Shown in pieces: positions 55,163 to 64,000 of a DNA stretch of 64,000 bases. Below the pieces are notes generated by a model. It worked only from the letters and a program-made list of their open reading frames with translations, was not told where the DNA came from and searched no databases. This stretch comes from Eledone cirrhosa (Eukaryota): the NCBI GenBank assembly GCA_964016885.1, contig OZ024742.1, forward strand, positions 89,776,001 to 89,840,000. The letters run 5' to 3'. A program made the translations under genes and the position numbers. Positions within the stretch are counted from its first letter, which is position 1; every line of letters begins with the position of its first letter.

Positions 55163-56599
55163 AGATTTGAATGGATACAGTTTAGTTGAAAGGAATTTAT
55201 TGACACGTGTTTCTATAACAGTTACATAACCTAAAACAGCTATCTACAAACTTTTAGTTATGCAGACATTCAATATTTCAATGTTATTATTTACTGTCAT
55301 TTCATCAGAATAATATTACTGAGGACCTATTTAGTTTTTATAGAGAATATTAGGAGGAAGGGGTGAAGTTGTTAGAAGAATAGTTGAAGGAGTGGTTTTT
55401 CGATAGCAGTGAGAATTCTTGGTGGCAGTGATTAATTAGATTCCCATCTGTTGTTTTGACATTTTTTATAGAATATATTATTGGTTATTTTTCTAAATCT
55501 ATAGAAGGATTAGAGATAGTAAAGATATGCGTGGTTGGTTTTGTGTTTGCACTTAACATTCAGACTTCAATTTTTCTTTCAAGTGTACGTATTCTTTCAC
55601 CCACGCATTCACACACAAATATATTTGCACACCTCTACAAAATACATATACTCACAATTCACATATTCATACTTACATATATATACACATGCATACACAT
55701 ATATATACACACATGTATTCATGTACATACATACGCGCTCATGTGTATACATTTTCATACTCAACTTATCTTTATATATACACACGTATAGACACACACA
55801 TATATACATACATACTCTAGTCCATGGACTAGAGTATGTATGTATATATGTGTGTGTCTATACGTGTGTATATATAAAGATAAGTTGAGTATGAAAATGT
55901 ATACACATGAGCGCGTATGTATGTACATGAATACATGTGTGTATATATATGTGTATGCATGTGTATATATATGTAAGTATGAATATGTGAATTGTGAGTA
56001 TATGTATTTTGTAGAGGTGTGCAAATATATTTGTGTGTGAATGCGTGGGTGAAAGAATACGTACACTTGAAAGAAAAATTGAAGTCTGAATGTTAAGTGC
56101 AAACACAAAACCAACCACGCATATCTTTACTATCTCTAATCCTTCTATATATTTAGAAAAATAACCAATAATATATTCTATAAAAAATGTCAAAACAACA
56201 GATGGGAATCTAATTAATCACTGCCACCAAGAATTCTCACTGCTATCGAAAAACCACTCCTTCAACTATTCTTCTAACAACTTCACCCCTTCCTCCTAAT
56301 ATTCTCTATAAAAACTAAATAGGTCCTCAGTAATATTATTCTGATGAAATGACAGTAAATAATAACATTGAAATATTGAATGTCTGCATAACTAAAAGTT
56401 TGTAGATAGCTGTTTTAGGTTATGTAACTGTTATAGAAACACGTGTCAATAAATTCCTTTCAACTAAACTGTATCCATTCAAATCTTTCTATTTTTCTCC
56501 GGATTACTTTTGGAACTACAACTGGAACCGTCGAGCAAACTCTACGTGAGCTGATAATCTACTGTGTGTAATATTTATATTACAACACAACGGAAAATA

Positions 56600-56602
<3 letters not shown>
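55159..56602. repeat. Near-perfect 1.33-kb palindrome (centre 55824/55825) of the 24125-family 3'UTR/pLTR, plus 110-bp tail
   Basis: Centre CTAGTCCA|TGGACTAG with no spacer. The arms (55159-55824, 55825-56490) are almost identical and each carries a hammerhead. Confidence 0.92.
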
Positions 56603-56647
<45 letters not shown>

Positions 56648-56664
56648 ATATTATATATATATAT

Positions 56665-56790
56665 TTAATATAGAAAAGGCTTCTACAGGACTACAGAACT
56701 GTTTCATTCGGGAGAAATCATTAGGAAGCCTGATGATTTCTCCTGAATTAAACAGTTCTAGTCCTGTAGAAACCTTTACTATATTAAATA
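56665..56790. repeat. Small foldback with decayed hammerhead on both arms
   Basis: Plus strand: CTGATGA-TTTCTCCTGAAT-TAAA-CAGTTC-TA-GTCC. Minus strand: CTAATGA-TTTCTCCCGAAT-GAAA-CAGTTCTG-TA-GTCC. Confidence 0.6.
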
Positions 56791-57079
56791 TTTATTCTTA
56801 CTGTAGTTACCCCCGATTGAACACGGGAGAAACTTAAATATATATATATATTTTTATATATATATATATATATAGGAACGAATAAGACCCCGACGGCTGA
56901 GCTCAAGCCGTTTTGACGGCTAATTCTGGCCGGCTAATTCAGTACAGAATTAGCCGTCGAAACGGCTTGAGCTCAGCCGTCGGGGTCCTACTCGTTCCTA
57001 TTACCCACTCTACTACCCTAAGTATTGAGTACTTTGGTGCGTTATGGTCCACCTGGTTCCTTACCACATTTTCTTCGTT

Positions 57080-57149
<70 letters not shown>

Positions 57150-57301
57150 ATAACTACCAGTATCGCCCGGCGTTGCTCGGGATTTGCTCTAGGGTTCTTA
57201 TATATTTGATATATATTTATCCTCATCGAGCCTCGTGAAATAAATATGTTTGTTTATATTTTGTTATTGTGTATGCAAAAATCTGTACACGATTATATAA
57301 T

Positions 57302-59564
<2,263 letters not shown>

Positions 59565-59619
59565 CATACATACATATATATATATATATATTATATATAT
59601 ATATATATATTATATATAT

Positions 59620-59696
<77 letters not shown>

Positions 59697-59724
59697 GTAT
59701 CTATGTATGTATGTATGTATGTCT

Positions 59725-60280
59725 CATGGTCGGGTCGTTGGCGACTAAACTGGCAACCCCACCAAGGTTTCTTGGTGAGGAGGGTGACTTTGGACATCCT
59801 GCAGGACTAAAAACAAAACCTGTCAAAGGGCAAGGGAGCTCTTAAGAGTCAATAGCCATCCAAAATCACTGGGAGAGATGACCCCTTAGCCTTTGTCAAG
59901 GCAGAATTCTAGGAGAAGGAAAACTCTGATATAACACCTGCAACCCTGATGGTATCCAATGATGTTGACTTGTTCTTCTTTTTGGTAAATATCATCTTGG
60001 TTAAGAGAGTGGGACTGGCTTTGTGCAGTGCCTTTGCTCACTATAAAAGCTTCACAGCACAGGCATTGCTTTATATCTGGAGATCTCTCTGCACTTGTCA
60101 TCACATGGTACCATGGGCCCTGCACTATGTGTCAATAATGGTCACAAGTGTAGTCTTTGTACCAGAGTTTTCAAGTCGCTGGCTGGACTAAAAAGTCACA
60201 TTCGTTCAGCGCATCGGTAGGGGTTCTCCTACATGGATATAAAGTAGTGGCCGTACTCGAAAACGAGTTGGCAGCCACCA
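59725..60280. mobile_element. Probable LINE 5'UTR or SINE-like fragment (RTE-type)
   Basis: A GC-richer island between microsatellites, with a CGACTAAACTGGCAACCCC motif that resembles RTE 5' ends. No protein motif was seen. Confidence 0.3.
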
Positions 60281-60703
60281 TGTATGTATGTATGTAGGTA
60301 TGTATGTATATATATATATATATATAACAGTACAGAGAAATACGGAATACATCGGCCTCGGGATGGTGTCTACATTTTGTGCTTATAAAAAAAATTCATC
60401 GTAGATTACCAGGAGTTTTTTGCGTGTGAAGAAAATCAATACTTTATCGCGAAATGAATACTTTTGTTTATATTTTGTTATCGTGTGTGCAGAAATATCT
60501 GTACACGAATATATAATTATATATATGTATATATATTAAAATAATAGATTAAAGTTTAAGTAAAGAATCGCTGCTTTCACCCTTAACGGGATCTTCTGAA
60601 ACTAAAAACAATTAATCTGTGAACGCAGATGTAAATATTTCGAAAAACGTTGTAACCGAAGGAAAACAGGAAGACGATACGTTGGTTCGTGAAGACGTCC
60701 CCT

Positions 60704-60806
<103 letters not shown>

Positions 60807-61434
60807 TATATATATATACATATACACACACACATACTGATTGCGTCATAATGATGTAATGTAGACAGCCAGGCATACAGACATATATTATAAGGGTGCA
60901 ACGTTATATCTATGTATCTATCTTAAAAGAGAAAGACTAAGAGTTATATAGAGAGATCGCTAAATCGCCTAATGCGATCCCTAGTGCTTTGAAAAGACTA
61001 AATATATATAAACCCGTAGAGCAAATATTTATTATAAGAAGAGATTAATGTTTAAGCAAAGAATCGCCGCTTCCCCCCTTAACGGGATCTTCTGAAACTA
61101 AAATAAATCAATGTGTGGACGCGGAAGTAAATATTTCGAAAAAAGTTACAACCAAAGGAAAACAGGAAAACGATACTTTGGTTTATGATGATGTTCCTGG
61201 CAATGAACGGAAAACAGCGAGGATAATTAAGTCATTATGTGGAGCGTTGAGAACAATTTCACTCAAAGATAAAAACACTTTTATGGTATAAATGGTGTCA
61301 TTAAACTAACTAGCAGAAAAACCGCACCGGGCTGCTGTCTGCTAGTATATGTAGTGTGTATATTGGTATTATACGCAAATATATATGCATATATATATAT
61401 ATATATTTAAATTGAAAAGTAAATGTAAATATCT

Positions 61435-61975
61435 TCTTCTTCGTCCACTTATTTCTGAGAGGGTCGTGAGGGTAGAGTCCTTCTCAAACAATCCTTCCAG
61501 CGAGCCTGTCAGAAACAAACATCTCTAACTGATCCAGCTGGATCCCAAATCGTGAGCAGCCAAACTCATGGATGTTGTCCAACTATGTTGCTCAGAGTCT
61601 ACTATCTGGGTCTCTTGCCGGTTGGTTTTGCCTGTAAAATCTGTCCAGCGATTCTCTACTGAGACATTCTAACCCCATGCTCATAATATCGAAGTTGTGA
61701 TCTCACAATTCGGAGAAGTAGCGGCTCTACCAGGAGTGTATTTTTTTATCATTGCTAGGAATACCAGGAAGACAGCGAATTTGACTTTTTACACCTACCC
61801 CCTTCTTCTGATTGCTGAATGCTGAGGCTGGCACATTACTGCATCAGCTTTTGCAATTCTTGCACTTAATTCAGCCTCTTGCATTCCATCACTCATGAAC
61901 ACGGCCCCAGATACTTGAACTTCTGAAACTGCTTCAGTAGAATTCCATTCACATGTATATAAATTTGAGGGACTT
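61435..61975 (-). pseudogene. RTE-clade LINE RT C-terminal fragment
   Basis: IHVNGILLKQFQKFKYLG..., SDGMQEAELSARIAKADAVM; frameshifted. Confidence 0.7.
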
Positions 61976-62199
61976 CTGTCCACCCGTCTGTCACACAATG
62001 CGTATGTATGTATGATTGTGTGAATGCATATGTTTTTGTGTGAATGTATGTGTGTGTAAAAGGAAGAAAAGGGATACGCACATATTTATGTCTCTAACTT
62101 AAAAACGGTGACACACATACACACATACGTCTCTAATTTAAGAACGGCGATTAACACACGCACGACCACATACACACACTGTCTTATTACCACTTAAGG

Positions 62200-62615
62200 G
62201 CTTTGGCACGTGCAAACATCCCATCAAATTTGGAACCGTCTGGGTTGTACAGAATTGATGGTAAAAGACTTGACGGTCTACTCTGTGCTCCTGGTCAAGA
62301 GGTAGATGCCTTATCTGGGACGTCACAGTTAGTGACTCTTTTGCTTCTTCCCACATCCTGAATGCAATGGTAAGGATGAGAGCTACAGCATCTGCAGCTG
62401 AACGGAACAAAATCCTAAAATACCGTGTTCTGTCAGCTAATTATCCATCCTGTGGCGTTCGAGACGTTTGGGGAAGTCGGGCTACTGACAACGAGGTTCT
62501 CATCTTCACTGTCGGCTTGTAAATCAGAGGTAACTGGTGATACTCGTGAGGGCACTTGGTTGTTCCAGCACCTCAGCTTCGCCATCACCCCAGGTAACGC
62601 TGCGAGCAAAAGTTA
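62200..62615 (+). pseudogene. RLE endonuclease C-terminus of a CRE/HERO-like non-LTR retrotransposon
   Basis: RLDGL...W.RGRCLIWDVTVSDSFASS...ASAAERNKILKY...HPVAFETFG...LFQHLSFAITPGNAA. Confidence 0.75.
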
Positions 62616-63016
62616 TACTTCATTTTGCTCTCGAACGCTGCTATCATGAGTGTGTGACTGTATGTGTGTATTTGTGTAAATGTATATGTGTGAATATGTC
62701 CTTGAGCGTGTATTTTTGTAAGTTTGTATTTGCGCGATTATAGTTATATACTCATACATATAGATGTATGTATATGCACATACAGACATGCACACACATG
62801 CGTCAGCGTATTGAAAAAAGTCGTAATCTCTTCATCTATCTCTTTCACTCATTCTCTCAAATTATTTATATTTAATCAAGAGTTACGAAATTTAGTACAT
62901 AAATTATGTAATATTCATTCATTATTTATTCAAAGTAATCCAACTTATTTCAATAACTCGATTAAAAGAAAGAAATCGGATGCTGTCCAGCACTTCTCCC
63001 TTTATTATAGTATAGA

Positions 63017-64000
63017 TGTACTATTTAGAATAACCGAAAGATTCTCAGCTCTGGAGTTTAAGAATGATGTCATATTCCACGCTAGGAAGACTGCCTTGCT
63101 CTTTGAAAACTCCACTTGGTTAAAGAGAGCTCCAGACTCTCATTTCGACGTCAGTATGGGCTCGACTGACTCGGTCATGGTGACCGACCTTATAGGACTA
63201 TACATACTCCATAAACACATCGAAAAGTTTCGTGTGTTCGGCGGTGGTCTGTATCGAGATTACGGGCTTCTTACCCTCACAGGGTACAGCCCCAGTACAC
63301 GGACCGGGTCCGTAAACACCACATGAAATTATTCCGCGATTTGGGTTTCAAAATCAGCCTACAGTCGTCCCTTACCCGCATCAATTTTCTGGATGTTACA
63401 TACAACCTGGAGAATCATTTGTACTACCCACATAGGAAACCTAATGCGAATTTACACTCTATCCAGCAGAGTTCTAACCATCCAAGGGACATTACCAATA
63501 ACTTAGTAAAAAAATCTCGCCCCGCATACCTCGCTTGTCCGCAAGCGAGCAGATCTTCAAAGAACACGTGCCATATTACAACTAGGCCTTCAAAAGAAGC
63601 GGATTCTTATTATCCAGGCCCTTCTAGCGGATCCAGCAGGTGACGCCGCCACTCACGCCAGGTAACGTGGTTCAACCCTCACCACTATGTCGAGACTGCA
63701 ACACCAATTGGCAAGATCTTCTTCAGACTTCTCGATAAACAATTCTCATCCAACACCGCTACCACAATATCATCAACAAAAACACTGTTAAACTTTCTTA
63801 CAGCACTACACCCAACTTTGCACAAAACATTTCTTCATCTAACAATAAAAAACTCCTCTCTAGCAGAATAAATAACAACGATATTAGAAGTGATCAAACT
63901 AGGAAGTGTAACTGTCCGGATCGTGCCCCCATCGTGCCCCCACAACAATAGATGCCGAGGACAAAACGTGGTCTACCAGTGCAATATGAGGATGGAAAAC
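63017..64000 (+). pseudogene. PLE RT fragment (Naiad-like), running off the window end
   Basis: Motifs: HARKTALLFENSTWLKR, FDVSMGSTDSVMVTDLIG, GGLYRDYG, INFLDVT, SNHP, WFNP, VKLSYS, CNC. Confidence 0.85.

Larger units (their letters stand above)
61310..63016 (-). mobile_element. Helitron (28404 family) termini enclosing nested LINE fragments
   Basis: CTAGCAGAAAACC...TCTGCTAG hairpin at 61310. 62880-63016 matches 30200-30339, and the minus strand starts A|TCTATACTATAATAAAG. Confidence 0.55.

Overview
Repeat-saturated, AT-rich eukaryotic (metazoan) DNA. The tRNA-derived SINE and repeat content suggest an octopus/coleoid cephalopod, which is an inference. I see no intact host gene, and most ORFs in the track are microsatellite artefacts. 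The window is a nest of decayed Penelope-like retroelements (PLEs; RT plus GIY-YIG endonuclease) of several families inserted in (TA)n tracts, many with inverted or foldback pseudo-LTRs. It also holds non-autonomous Helitrons, fragments of RLE-type, RTE-type and CR1/L2-type LINEs, and SINEs. The main feature is a ~9.56 kb array of 30.8 near-identical 310-bp units (32509-42073). Each unit carries a type I hammerhead ribozyme in a hairpin-rich monomer, i.e. a non-LTR retrozyme that could produce viroid-like circular RNA. A second ~420-bp hammerhead repeat family is present, along with many other intact or decayed hammerheads in PLE ends. Two copies of a candidate hammerhead with a non-canonical, pseudoknotted strand order lie at 43158-43232 and 43941-44015.
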